Source: Pirellulales bacterium (GTDB taxonomy: Bacteria > Planctomycetota > Planctomycetia > Pirellulales > JAICIG01). From it: a stretch of DNA of 64,000 nt. The position numbers and the translations under genes were made by a program. The DNA lies in NCBI GenBank assembly GCA_040901675.1, contig JBBDYJ010000038.1, positions 192,001 to 256,000 of the forward strand. Direction: 5' to 3'. Within the stretch, counting starts at the first letter, position 1, and each line of letters starts with the position of its first letter. Shown here piece after piece: positions 43,143-52,520 of this stretch. Below the pieces are notes generated by a model. That model was not told the DNA's origin, did not search any database, and worked only from the letters and a program-made list of their open reading frames with translations.

Positions 43143-43196
43143 CAACCTGATGCCTCCGAAAGATCACTGACGGATTCCGCTTCAGTCGTGGTCGGG

Positions 43197-45266
43197 TCAC
43201 TGGACACGGTGGGGCAGGTCGATGGCGTTGGTTTCGGCGCCCTCTCGAATGCGGATCGGCACATTCCACACTACGCTGCCCACTTTGCACAGGCCGCCCG
43301 ACTCCTGGCAGTAGTAATAAGTCAGAGAGACTTTCAGGGTCGTCTGCCCTTGGCTCGATGTCAGTGGCAGGCGGATATCGAACTCGGGCTGCGGCGTGGC
43401 CAACCTCGTCGCCATGCCCAGCACCGAGGGATCGACGGGACCGCCGCTATCCACCGCATCGACGCGATAACGCGTGGGGGCCAGGTCGTTCATTTTGTAT
43501 CCCGGCGGCAAGTTCAAGCGGACCGTCAGCAACAGCTCGCCCTGTTCGCCCTGGACCAGCACCTCGCGCAATCGCACGTGCTCGGCTCCGGCCAGCGCCA
43601 CCTCGCCGGAGTCGGCCGCCTGGGGAGGATCGAGTGCGTCGATATCGAGCGTCGTTACGCTTTCGTGGGCCAGATCGATCACGCGGATGCGGTGCTGGTT
43701 GGTATCGGCCACGTACAGCTTGCCGGCCGCCGCGCTCAGGCCGGCCGGCTCGTCGAAGAGCGGTCCGTCGGCCGCCGACGCGGCATGCTGCGCGATGGTC
43801 TGCACTCTTTGCTCGCGTGGATCGACGACCTTGATCTTGCTGTTGTACGTGTCGGCCACGTACAGCCGCTCTCGGTGCCAGACCACGCCGAGCGGGTGCT
43901 GCAGCCGGGCCAGAGGCAAAGGGCCATCGACGTCGCCAAAAACGAAAAGCCGGTCGGCAGCCAGGTGGGCCGTGCCGATCACCGTCTTCACCAAGCCGGT
44001 CGGCGCCAGTGGCACGGCGCGAATCGAGCTCCCCTCGCTGTCGGCCACGTACAACCAGCGGCCGTCGGAAGCCAAGCCGCTGGGCTGGGCGAAGCAGGCC
44101 GACGGTTGCGATCCGCTGCGCGGCACCAGCGGGCCATCCACGATGTCTTCCACGCCGCTGCCGGCATGAACGCCGATCTGGCGTTCGTCCAGGGCCATCC
44201 TCCAGATCTGGTGCGGCCCTGCCATGGCGATGTACAGCTCATCTCCGTGGATCCACAGGTCCCAGGGGCTGGCCAAGCGGGTCCGGATCGGAACGCCCAC
44301 GTTGCGCCGGCTCTGCGGCCGTGCCTCGCGGCGCTGCTGGCCCGTGCCGGCGATGGTCGCGACCTGCTTCGTTCGAAGGTCCACTTTGCGCAGCATGTGG
44401 TTCTGGGTGTCGGCCACGTAGAGAGTATCGCCGCGCAGCGCCATTCCCTGGGGATTATTGAACGTGGCCTGGTCGTAGCGGCCGTTGTCCCGGCCCACGG
44501 CGCCCGTGCCGATGACGTCGACGAGCTGGCCGTCGAGCCGGGTGATCACGATGCGGTTATGATTGCTGTCGGCGATGAACAGGCGGTCGCCCGCCTCGTC
44601 GGCCAGCAGCTTGCCCGGAAAGCGCAGCGGCGTGTCCTGGGCCTGGTGATGCTCCAGGTTGAACTCCAGGGGCGTTTCGTCCAGCACTCCCTTGCGGCGA
44701 TAGTAGGGCAGGGCGTTGCGGATCACGCGGTCGAGGGCGGCGAACTCGACCTCGCCTTTCGTCCCGGCCACCAGGTTGCCCTCGGGATCGATCAGCTGCA
44801 GAGTCGGCCAGGTATCAACGCCGAAACGCCTCCACAACACGAAGTCGGGATCGTTGACCACGGGATGGGCGATCTGGTATCGCAGCACCGCCGCGCGGAT
44901 GTTGTCGGCGTCCCTTTCCGTGACGAACTTGCCGGAGTGCACTCCGATGACGACCAGGTTGCCCGGGTGGGCCAGTTCCAGCTTCTTCAGCTCGGGCAGG
45001 ATATGGATGCAATTGATGCAGCAATAGGTCCAGAAATCCAGGAGCACGAACTTGCCGCGGAGCATCGGCAGATCGAGCGGCGCATCGACATTGATCCATT
45101 CGCTGCCTCCGGCGAGCGAAGGCGCCGGCCGGCTGTTTGCAAACGGAAACTTGCCGGCCGCCTGGCCGTGTGCGGCCCGGCCCCACCCGGCCAGCGACCC
45201 AGCGGCCAGCGAAAAAGCGGCCAATAGGAGTACCGCCCCAGTCCAGCGGCGCGTGGCTGTCGACAT
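43197..45266 (-). CDS. Thioredoxin-like plus NHL-repeat protein (NHLRC2/SOQ1-like)
   Basis: LDFWTYCCINCIH, LFIADSNHNRI, LYVADSEGSSIR, LQHPLGV. Confidence 0.9.
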   Translation of the reverse strand: MSTATRRWTGAVLLLAAFSLAAGSLAGWGRAAHGQAAGKFPFANSRPAPSLAGGSEWINVDAPLDLPMLRGKFVLLDFWTYCCINCIHILPELKKLELAHPGNLVVIGVHSGKFVTERDADNIRAAVLRYQIAHPVVNDPDFVLWRRFGVDTWPTLQLIDPEGNLVAGTKGEVEFAALDRVIRNALPYYRRKGVLDETPLEFNLEHHQAQDTPLRFPGKLLADEAGDRLFIADSNHNRIVITRLDGQLVDVIGTGAVGRDNGRYDQATFNNPQGMALRGDTLYVADTQNHMLRKVDLRTKQVATIAGTGQQRREARPQSRRNVGVPIRTRLASPWDLWIHGDELYIAMAGPHQIWRMALDERQIGVHAGSGVEDIVDGPLVPRSGSQPSACFAQPSGLASDGRWLYVADSEGSSIRAVPLAPTGLVKTVIGTAHLAADRLFVFGDVDGPLPLARLQHPLGVVWHRERLYVADTYNSKIKVVDPREQRVQTIAQHAASAADGPLFDEPAGLSAAAGKLYVADTNQHRIRVIDLAHESVTTLDIDALDPPQAADSGEVALAGAEHVRLREVLVQGEQGELLLTVRLNLPPGYKMNDLAPTRYRVDAVDSGGPVDPSVLGMATRLATPQPEFDIRLPLTSSQGQTTLKVSLTYYYCQESGGLCKVGSVVWNVPIRIREGAETNAIDLPHRVQ

Positions 45267-45620
45267 GGCAGTGGCCCCTTGGGTTGGATGCGTGTGGGGG
45301 GATTGCGAGCGGTAGGCTCTGGATATGGTACCCCGCGAGGGGGCGTGGGGCAACGGGCAGGTCAGATGGCTAGTGGCTAGTGGTCAGTGGCTGGTGGTCA
45401 GTGGCCGTGGTCACGCGGATCGGAGAGGGACGGACGAATGCCTCTCGCCAAGGCGGCTTTATCAATGTCTTTGTGCCGGCGGGGAGCTGCGTCTTGCCGA
45501 GCGAGTGGCTAATCTCGCTCGTCTTGAAGTGGCGGCCAATAATTGATCCGACAAGCCGGCAGCTCTTTTTTAAGCAACTGGACCGCCTCACTCACCTGTC
45601 TGACCGGTTCGATAAGGGAA

Positions 45621-45666
45621 ACGGACGAAAGACTGGGGCACGCTTATCGCTTTGCCCCAGCCACCC
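45621..45666 (-). repeat. GTGG-type REP-like repeat, copy 2
   Basis: Near-identical to 30753-30797; similarity continues about 40 bp downstream. Confidence 0.8.
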
Positions 45667-45706
45667 GGCTCGCTCGAATCTGTCGAAGTTGTTTTTCGGT
45701 CGTTCC

Positions 45707-46816
45707 TCAGGCAACGAACCGCGGGCTGTGGGGGAGGCCGAAGGTGGCGGCGACCGCCTGATTGGTAACCTCGTGGTCCATGATGTTCACGGCACGGGCG
45801 ATCGGCTTCAAGGTTTGCGCGGCCGCAAGGATGCCGCGGTTGGCAATCTCCAACGCCCAGGGGAGCGTGACGTTGCACAAGGCGTAGGTGCTGGTGCGGC
45901 CCACCGCGCCGGGCATGTTGGTCACGCAATAGTGCAGCACCTGCTCGACGATGTAGGTTGGCTCGCTGTGCGTCGTGGGCCGGCTGGTCGCCACGCAGCC
46001 CCCCTGGTCGATCGCCACGTCGATGATCACGCTGCCCGGCTGCATTAGCCTCAGATCCTCTTCGTCGATCAGCCGCGGCGCCTTGGCGCCGGGAATCAAC
46101 ACCGCCCCGATCACCAGGTCGGCCCGCTTGAGCTGCTCGCGGATCGTGTGCCGGTCGCTGAACAGGCAGTCCACGTTGGGCGGCATCACGTCGTCCAGAT
46201 ACCGCAGGCGATCCATGTTGATGTCCAACAGCCCGATGTTCGCGCCGAAGCCGGCGGCCACCTTGGCGGCATTGGCGCCCACCACCCCGCCGCCCAGGAT
46301 CGTTATGTTCGCGGGAGCCACGCCGGGCACGCCCCCCAGCAGGATGCCCCGCCCCATCTGGGGCCGCTCCAGGTACTTGGCCCCCTCCTGGATGCTCATG
46401 CGGCCGGCGACTTCGCTCATGGGCGTCAGAAGCGGAAGCTGCCCGCGCTCGTCGCGGAGCGTCTCGTAGGCCACGGCCGTGACCCCCGATTCCAGCACGG
46501 CCTGCGTCAGCTCCCGGTCGGCCGCGAAGTGAAAGTAGGTGAAGATCACCTGCCCGGGCCGCAACAGGGGCCACTCGGAGGGGAGCGGCTCCTTGACCTT
46601 GATCACCAGGTCGGCCCGGGTGTACAGCTCGCCGGGATCGTGGAGCAACTCGGCGCCGTTCTCGAGGTAGCGGTCGTCGGGGATGCCCGAACCGAGCCCC
46701 GCGCCGGCTTCGACGAGCACCTGGTGACCGGCGCGCGTGAGCTCCTCCACGCCCACCGGCAGCAGGGCGACGCGGTACTCATCGCGTTTGATCTCTCTGG
46801 GGACTCCGACGATCAA
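45707..46816 (-). CDS. ald: Alanine dehydrogenase
   Basis: GVPREIK..EYRVAL, KVKEP, PMSEVAGR, DVAIDQGGC, YCVTNMPGAV. Confidence 0.96.
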   Translation of the reverse strand: MIVGVPREIKRDEYRVALLPVGVEELTRAGHQVLVEAGAGLGSGIPDDRYLENGAELLHDPGELYTRADLVIKVKEPLPSEWPLLRPGQVIFTYFHFAADRELTQAVLESGVTAVAYETLRDERGQLPLLTPMSEVAGRMSIQEGAKYLERPQMGRGILLGGVPGVAPANITILGGGVVGANAAKVAAGFGANIGLLDINMDRLRYLDDVMPPNVDCLFSDRHTIREQLKRADLVIGAVLIPGAKAPRLIDEEDLRLMQPGSVIIDVAIDQGGCVATSRPTTHSEPTYIVEQVLHYCVTNMPGAVGRTSTYALCNVTLPWALEIANRGILAAAQTLKPIARAVNIMDHEVTNQAVAATFGLPHSPRFVA

Positions 46817-46920
46817 CGATTCACCCTCGTGCAGAATGCCAACAGGGCCTTCCTTCTATCAACAAGCCGCCCGGGCGGCAAGCGGCTGTGCGACACACGC
46901 GAGCGGACAATAGGCGGCCG

Positions 46921-48291
46921 TCACTCGCCCGTCAATTGGGCCTCGTCGCCGGCCGGCTCGCGGCCGCCGGGCTGGCCGCTTTCGCGCTTGCGGAGGTAGA
47001 GCTTGATAGGCACCTCGGGAAACGGCAGGTGGTCGCGGAAGACGCCCAGCAGATAGCGGCGATAGGGAAGCGAGAGGGCGGCCGGATCGCTGCAGAAGAG
47101 CACGATGGTGGGCGGCTCGACGCCGACCTGGGTGGCGTAATAGATCTTCGGGGCCCGGCGCCGGTAGAGCGGCGGCGGGCTGTGCTCGATGGCCGCCCGC
47201 AGCAGCTTGTTCAAGTCGGCGGTGCCCACGCGCTGGCGGGCCTGCTTGTAGAGCATCTGGGCGTGGTTCAACAGCGCCTTGACGTTCTTGCCCGTCTGGC
47301 CGGTGATGAAGGCGATCGGCGCGTAGCGCATGGTGCGGAAGGTGTCGTGCAGGTAAGCCACCCATTTCTCGGTCGGCATGCCGCCGGCGTACAAGTCCCA
47401 CTTGTTCACGACGAAGATGCACGGCTTGTACTGCTCGGCCACGTACTCGGCGAGCTGCTTGTCGACCTTGCTGATCCGCTCGGCCGGATCGAAGAACAAC
47501 AGCACCACGTCGGCCCGGCGGATACTGCGCTCGGCCCGGTGCGTGCTGTAGAAGTCGATGTCGGTGGTGATGCTCTTGCGCCGCTTCAATCCCGGCGTGT
47601 CGATGGCCATGAAGGCCTTGCCGTCCAGCTCGAACCGCACGTCGATGCTGTCGCGGGTGGTGCCCGGCACCTCGCTGACGATGATTCGTTCTGCCTGGGC
47701 CAGCGTGTTGACGAAGGTGCTCTTGCCCGTGTTCCGCTTCCCCACGATCGCCACCTTCATCGTCGGTTCGGGGGGCAGCGGCTCCGAGCCGGGCTCCGGC
47801 AGCCGCTCGTAGATTGCGTCGAGCAGCTCCTGCCGGCCGCGGTTCTCGCGGGTGCTGACGCGGACCAGCTTGCCGCGGCCCAGGCGATAGAATTCGTCGG
47901 CGTGGGCGTCGAGCGACGGGGCGTCGGTCTTGTTCGCCACGCAGATCACCGGCGCGCTGGCGTAGCGCAATCGCTTGGCGACCTCTTCGTCCAAGGGAAC
48001 CAGGCCCTCCCGCGTATCGAGCACGAACAACAGGACCGAGGCCGAATCGATCGCCACCTCGATCTGCTGCTCGATGTGAGCGGTGAGGTTGTCCACGTCG
48101 TCGATGCCCATGCCGCCCGTATCGACCACTTCGAAGTACTTTTCGCCGATGCACATCAGGAAAGTCTGGCGGTCGCGGGTCACGCCGGCCGAATCGTCGA
48201 CGATCGCCAGCCGCTTGTTCACCAGCCAATTGAACAAGCTCGACTTGCCCACGTTAGGCCGCCCGACGATGACGACTTGAGGAAGACCCAT
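46921..48291 (-). CDS. der: Ribosome biogenesis GTPase Der (EngA)
   Basis: Two G domains: GRPNVGKS/GVTRD/DTGG/NKTD and GKRNTGKS/GTTRD/DTPG/NKWD. Confidence 0.96.
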   Translation of the reverse strand: MGLPQVVIVGRPNVGKSSLFNWLVNKRLAIVDDSAGVTRDRQTFLMCIGEKYFEVVDTGGMGIDDVDNLTAHIEQQIEVAIDSASVLLFVLDTREGLVPLDEEVAKRLRYASAPVICVANKTDAPSLDAHADEFYRLGRGKLVRVSTRENRGRQELLDAIYERLPEPGSEPLPPEPTMKVAIVGKRNTGKSTFVNTLAQAERIIVSEVPGTTRDSIDVRFELDGKAFMAIDTPGLKRRKSITTDIDFYSTHRAERSIRRADVVLLFFDPAERISKVDKQLAEYVAEQYKPCIFVVNKWDLYAGGMPTEKWVAYLHDTFRTMRYAPIAFITGQTGKNVKALLNHAQMLYKQARQRVGTADLNKLLRAAIEHSPPPLYRRRAPKIYYATQVGVEPPTIVLFCSDPAALSLPYRRYLLGVFRDHLPFPEVPIKLYLRKRESGQPGGREPAGDEAQLTGE

Positions 48292-48552
48292 ACCGAGCGC
48301 TCGACTCACGGGCGAAAAACCGGCCGCCCAGGCGGGTGTGCGGGCGGGCAAGGCGGATTGACACTGCTTGATCCGCTTCCGGCGGACCGCGATCACCCCA
48401 ACCAGCCAGAGCAGCGTGACGGCCTTCGTCACGCAGTTGCCACGCGGCCGCCGCTGCCGAGTGCGATCGCCTCAATCCGTACCATGGATTCTATTTCAAA
48501 GGGGCCCCGCGGGACAGCGGCAAACTGCGCGCTGGGGCGCCGCCGGCGAACT

Positions 48553-49734
48553 TCAGCGGACCACTTCCAAGTCGTCGAGCGCCTCTTGGAGTTCACGGAT
48601 GGCCGTCTCGCTGGTTCGGGTCCGCCGCAAGTACAGCTCCTTCAGCCCCGAAAGGTCCTTGAGCCGGGCCAGCCCGGCATCCGTGACGGCCGTGTCGGCC
48701 AGGTTCAGCCCCGTCAGTGCCCGTTGGCCGGCCAGATGCCCCAGGGCCTCGTCGCTAATCCGGGTGCCGCTGAGGTTCAGGAACTCCAGTGCCGGCAGGC
48801 TGGCCAGATGAGACAAGCCGTCGCCCTCGATCGAACAGCCCGCGAGCGAAAGCCACTGCAGCCGCTCCAGGCCGGCCAGGTGCGCCAATCCCGGGTCGGT
48901 CACCTGCGTGTTGACCAGCTCGAGCGTCTCGAGCCGCTTGAAACGCCGCAGGTGGGCCAATCCCTCGTCGCCGGCCCGCGTGTTTCCCAACGACAGCCAC
49001 TCCAGCCGCTCCAGCGGCTCCAGGTGCGCCAGCCCCCGGTCGCCGACGGCCGTGTAATCGAGCCAAAGCGAGTCCAAGGCGGTCAATGTTCGTAGGCTGG
49101 CCAGTCCCTCGTCGGTCACCGCGGTCCAAGACAGCTTGAGCGACTTGAGCTGAGTGAGCGAGCGCAGATGAGCCAGTCCCGCGTCGCCCACGCCGGTGTC
49201 GAACATCCACAGGCCTTCGAGTTGCCGCAGTGCGGACAAGTGGGCCAGACCTTCGTCGTCGACCCTGGTCCAACTCAGGTTCAGCCACTTCAAGCGGGGC
49301 AGCCGGGCCACGCGGGCCAGCCCCTGGTTGGAGATCCTGGTGTCGTGCAGCCAAAGGCCCTCCAGCCGCTTCAGGCCTTCCAGGTACGCAAGCCCCGCAT
49401 CCGTGACCCGCGTCTGGCCGAGGTAGAGCTGCCGGAGCTCGACGAGCCCGGCGATATGTTTCAGCCCGTCGTCGCTGACGTTCGTGCGGCTGAGACTGAG
49501 CGTCTCGACGTTCTTCAGATCGCCGAGCCAGCGGAGCCCCTCGTCGCCGCCGGCCCAAGTGACTGCCAGGCCGGCCGGGCCCTCGCCGGCTTCGCCCGTC
49601 TCGATCCGGCCGCCAAGTTGCTCAATGGCTCGCCGAGCCTTGCTTGGCCCGTCTTGGGCATCCTGCCCTTCAGCCGGGCCGGGCGGGGCGGCCCAAGCCA
49701 GAAGCACGGCGGCAATGAGAACGGCTCGGCGCAT
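48553..49734 (-). CDS. Secreted leucine-rich-repeat protein (24-aa repeats)
   Basis: About 13 repeats of LxxLxLxxTxVxDxGLAHLxxL after a signal peptide. Confidence 0.92.
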   Translation of the reverse strand: MRRAVLIAAVLLAWAAPPGPAEGQDAQDGPSKARRAIEQLGGRIETGEAGEGPAGLAVTWAGGDEGLRWLGDLKNVETLSLSRTNVSDDGLKHIAGLVELRQLYLGQTRVTDAGLAYLEGLKRLEGLWLHDTRISNQGLARVARLPRLKWLNLSWTRVDDEGLAHLSALRQLEGLWMFDTGVGDAGLAHLRSLTQLKSLKLSWTAVTDEGLASLRTLTALDSLWLDYTAVGDRGLAHLEPLERLEWLSLGNTRAGDEGLAHLRRFKRLETLELVNTQVTDPGLAHLAGLERLQWLSLAGCSIEGDGLSHLASLPALEFLNLSGTRISDEALGHLAGQRALTGLNLADTAVTDAGLARLKDLSGLKELYLRRTRTSETAIRELQEALDDLEVVR

Positions 49735-49941
49735 CGGAGGGGGGCGGAAGGCGGAAGTCAGAGGGCAGAGGTCAGAAGACGGAAGTCAGAAGTCAAAGGT
49801 CAAGGTTCCGTCTGCCTGTCGAGAGCCTCTAGGCCGAACGGCGGCAGACGTGCAGCACGGTCGCGGGGCGTCAGAGCAATCATACAACAGGGAAAATAGA
49901 AGGCGGAAGGCGGAAGGCAGAAGGAGGAAGGACGAGGAGGA

Positions 49942-49963
49942 AACGGAATGAATTCCGTTCTAC
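49942..49963 (-). repeat. GTAG-type REP GTAGAACGGAATTCATTCCGTT
   Basis: Identical to 58080-58101. Confidence 0.8.
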
Positions 49964-49979
49964 GTGCTAGAATCAAGCG

Positions 49980-50786
49980 ATGCGAGGCGCGCTGAAAGGA
50001 TCGTTGCTGTTGGCCGGATGCGTGCTGGCCGGTGGTGTATTCGCCACGCCACCAGAGACAGCCACGCAGATAACGACGCCACCAGAGACGACCGACGAAG
50101 GACCTGCCGCGGCCGGGCTGATTGCCAACGGCGATTTCGACGGCGAGCCGACCTCCGCGGGCCGACCGGCCGGCTGGTACTTTCTGCACCAGGCCCGCCT
50201 GGCACGACACGGCGAAGACCAACGCCAAGGGCACCTGGCACAACCGAGTGTGCCTGCTGTGAAGGATGGGGACGACGAGAGCGAAGGCGGACGGCACATC
50301 CCGGCGCGCGGCTCGACTGAGCTCGCGACTCGACTGAGCTCGCCGAAGTCCGAAGTCCGGGATGCCCGCTACCTTAAGAAGGCGATCGGCGGAAATTACC
50401 TGTCGCTGGCCAATGCCGTTCCCGGCCGCGACAGCCAGGCACAACAGGCCTTCGCGCTCGATGGCCGAAAAACCCGCCAGCTCGATGTGTCGTTTTGGAC
50501 CAGGGCCAAGGGAGTGCGGCCGGGACAGTCGATCGAGCAGCGGCCGCAGTTGGCCATCTCCTTTTTCGATGAATCAAAAAGCTTGCTGGGCCGCGAGCAG
50601 GTCGGCCCATGGTTTGGCAGTTTCGACTGGCAGCGCAAAGAAGGCACGTTCGTCGTGCCGCCCGCCACGCGAATCGGGATCGTCTGGGTGGGCCTGTTCG
50701 GCGGCACCGGCGAGGCTGCCTTCGATAGCATCGAGATCAGGGCGGCTGAGGTGAACCCGTCGATCTTCACGCCGGCGCCCGAATGA
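49980..50786 (+). CDS. Secreted protein with a CBM-like jelly-roll domain
   Basis: Signal peptide, LIANGDFD..PAGWY, Q.FALDG, GTGEAAFDSIEI. Confidence 0.7.
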   Translation: MRGALKGSLLLAGCVLAGGVFATPPETATQITTPPETTDEGPAAAGLIANGDFDGEPTSAGRPAGWYFLHQARLARHGEDQRQGHLAQPSVPAVKDGDDESEGGRHIPARGSTELATRLSSPKSEVRDARYLKKAIGGNYLSLANAVPGRDSQAQQAFALDGRKTRQLDVSFWTRAKGVRPGQSIEQRPQLAISFFDESKSLLGREQVGPWFGSFDWQRKEGTFVVPPATRIGIVWVGLFGGTGEAAFDSIEIRAAEVNPSIFTPAPE

Positions 50787-50867
50787 CGATCGCTCCTGCC
50801 CGGAGTGCCCGATCGTCGCCAACGGCAAGAAACTGAGAAAAAATCGGTCAACCACCCAAAAGTGTTA

Positions 50868-50896
50868 TTGAATCTGCCTCTCCAAGCGGCCATAAT
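50868..50896 (+). promoter_or_regulatory. Sigma70-type promoter
   Basis: TTGAAT-17 bp-CATAAT with upstream A-tracts. Confidence 0.7.
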
Positions 50897-50902
50897 CTGA
50901 TT

Positions 50903-50973
50903 GGGTTAGGGGGGCAAAACCCCTGACCACACTGCCCTTCGCAGGTACCTGCCCCGCCTGCGAAGGGTTTTTT
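50903..50973 (+). ncRNA. Candidate ~70-nt small RNA
   Basis: Starts about 7 nt after the -10; hairpin GGTTAGGGG-GGCAAAA-CCCCTGACC, then terminator; no ORF. Confidence 0.55.
50935..50973 (+). terminator. Rho-independent terminator
   Basis: CCCTTCGCAGG/CCTGCGAAGGG 11-bp stem plus TTTTTT. Confidence 0.8.
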
Positions 50974-51025
50974 ATTGCGCGCGCCTCCGGCCGGCACGCT
51001 TTGGCCAGCAGGATTCGCCACAGTC

Positions 51026-51089
51026 GTAGCAGGATTCGCCAGAATTCTGGGACGTGCATGACGGCCCAAACTCTGGCGAGTTCGACTAC
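51026..51089. repeat. Inverted GTAG-type REP doublet
   Basis: GTAGCAGGATTCGCCAGAATTCTGG ... CCAAACTCTGGCGAGTTCGACTAC; same family as the motif at 989. Confidence 0.7.
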
Positions 51090-51229
51090 ACCGCATTCCG
51101 GTCGCAGGCTGCGACAGCCAGCGCCAAGGCGCCGACCAAAAGCGATCCGGCGGTCCGTTGAAGCCGGGCGTCGAGTAATCCGCGGAGCCGATGGAGCATC
51201 CTTGCTCTGTGGTTCGCGGTCTGGTGTGC

Positions 51230-51442
51230 TTAGGCCAGAAAAACTTCAACCAGGCGGCTGACCGTTGCCCGGGCCTGCGCGCCGGTCGCCTGGTAGTCCC
51301 AGTTGTACCGTGCCAGCTCGGCGAGCAGGCAGATGATGGCAATCAGGATCGCCAACAGCGCCACGGCCAGCATGGTCGTGTAGATGTCCCACTTGGGCGG
51401 CGAGAGCGCTCGAGTCCGGTCAGTTGATTCGGGTAGCGACAC
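51230..51442 (-). CDS. Small single-TM protein
   Basis: PKWDIYTTMLAVALLAILIAIICLLAEL; GTG start inferred, overlapping the upstream gene. Confidence 0.65.
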   Translation of the reverse strand: MSLPESTDRTRALSPPKWDIYTTMLAVALLAILIAIICLLAELARYNWDYQATGAQARATVSRLVEVFLA

Positions 51443-52286
51443 GGTCTTCCCTCTGGATTGGACTTGCACGGAATTCGGGATCGGGCATGACCTTGGCCAC
51501 CGACCGATCGGCCCGGGTCTCGATCACTTCGATTTTGCCCACGTACTTGCCGCCGTTGCGATAAACGATCAACTGGTGACCCTTGCGAAGCCCCTCGTCG
51601 GAGCCGAGCGAGATCTCGACCAGCCCACTGGAGCTGCTCTTGAGCACGATGCCGTCGACCTTGGGCGGTCCGTCGACCGGTTCGTTGATGTCCAAGCCCC
51701 GGGAGTCCAGCACCTGCTTGGCCTTGGCCACCCGCTCGGCCAGGACGGAATGGCTGGCCGCCAATCGCTCGATTTGGCCGAGGAGCTTGTTCAGCTCGTC
51801 GGTCTTGGCCACCACTTCCTTGAAATGCGCATCGCGGTCGGCGTAGGCCTGCTTGATTTCACCTCGCAACGTGTCGATCTCGCCGAGCTTGGCATCCAGC
51901 ATGGTCTGGTTCGCCTTGGCGGCCTCGACGGCCTGCCGCTCGCCTTGGGTCAGCAGGGCCTGTTCGTTGACTAACTGGGTGTGCTCCCTGCGAAGCTGCT
52001 CTTTTTCGGCCTCCAGCTTGGCCAGTTGTTGCCGCTTCGACGCTTCCTCGCGCGAAAGGGCGTTGCGCAGGTTGTCGACCTGGCGCTGCAAATCCGTCAC
52101 TTGAGCCTGGGCCTGGGCCAATTGAGGCTTGAGACCCAAGGGCTCGCCCGGCTTGACGGCGGCCTGCGGCCGCTCGATTTCGTCTTTCCAGTGCTTGTGC
52201 GTGGCATAAATGGTCACCGCCAGGCCCATGAAAAACAGGCTGAACACCAAAATCAGCACGACGAAGATCTTACCGACGAGGTTCAT
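51420..52286 (-). CDS. Membrane-anchored coiled-coil protein with a C-terminal beta domain
   Basis: MNLVGKIFVVLILVFSLFF TM, long coiled coil, VEISLGSDEGLRKGH. Confidence 0.85.
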   Translation of the reverse strand: MNLVGKIFVVLILVFSLFFMGLAVTIYATHKHWKDEIERPQAAVKPGEPLGLKPQLAQAQAQVTDLQRQVDNLRNALSREEASKRQQLAKLEAEKEQLRREHTQLVNEQALLTQGERQAVEAAKANQTMLDAKLGEIDTLRGEIKQAYADRDAHFKEVVAKTDELNKLLGQIERLAASHSVLAERVAKAKQVLDSRGLDINEPVDGPPKVDGIVLKSSSSGLVEISLGSDEGLRKGHQLIVYRNGGKYVGKIEVIETRADRSVAKVMPDPEFRASPIQREDRVATRIN

Positions 52287-52520
52287 CGAGGCCACTCCTG
52301 GAATAACTTACCGACTCCGGACATCCCGTGTGTTACAACCCGCTTTGCGGCCGGCGCCGGGCAAAGGTGTTTCGAGACTGAACCGGTTCACATGACAAGA
52401 GATAGAGTTACAGACTGGTTCTTTTAGTATAAACCTGCCCGATTTTGAAAGTCAATCAAGAACCGTTCAATTTCGCTAAGATAGGCCGGAAGGGCAAAGC
52501 TAAGCCAACCCGGCCGGTGG

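Noticed and set aside
42208..43325. DGR template/variable repeat pair
   Set aside because: Mismatches are not confined to adenines, are largely synonymous, and there is no reverse transcriptase in the window
50903..50973. c-di-GMP-I riboswitch (GGCAAA motif)
   Set aside because: The rest of the GEMM architecture is missing and there is no downstream same-strand gene
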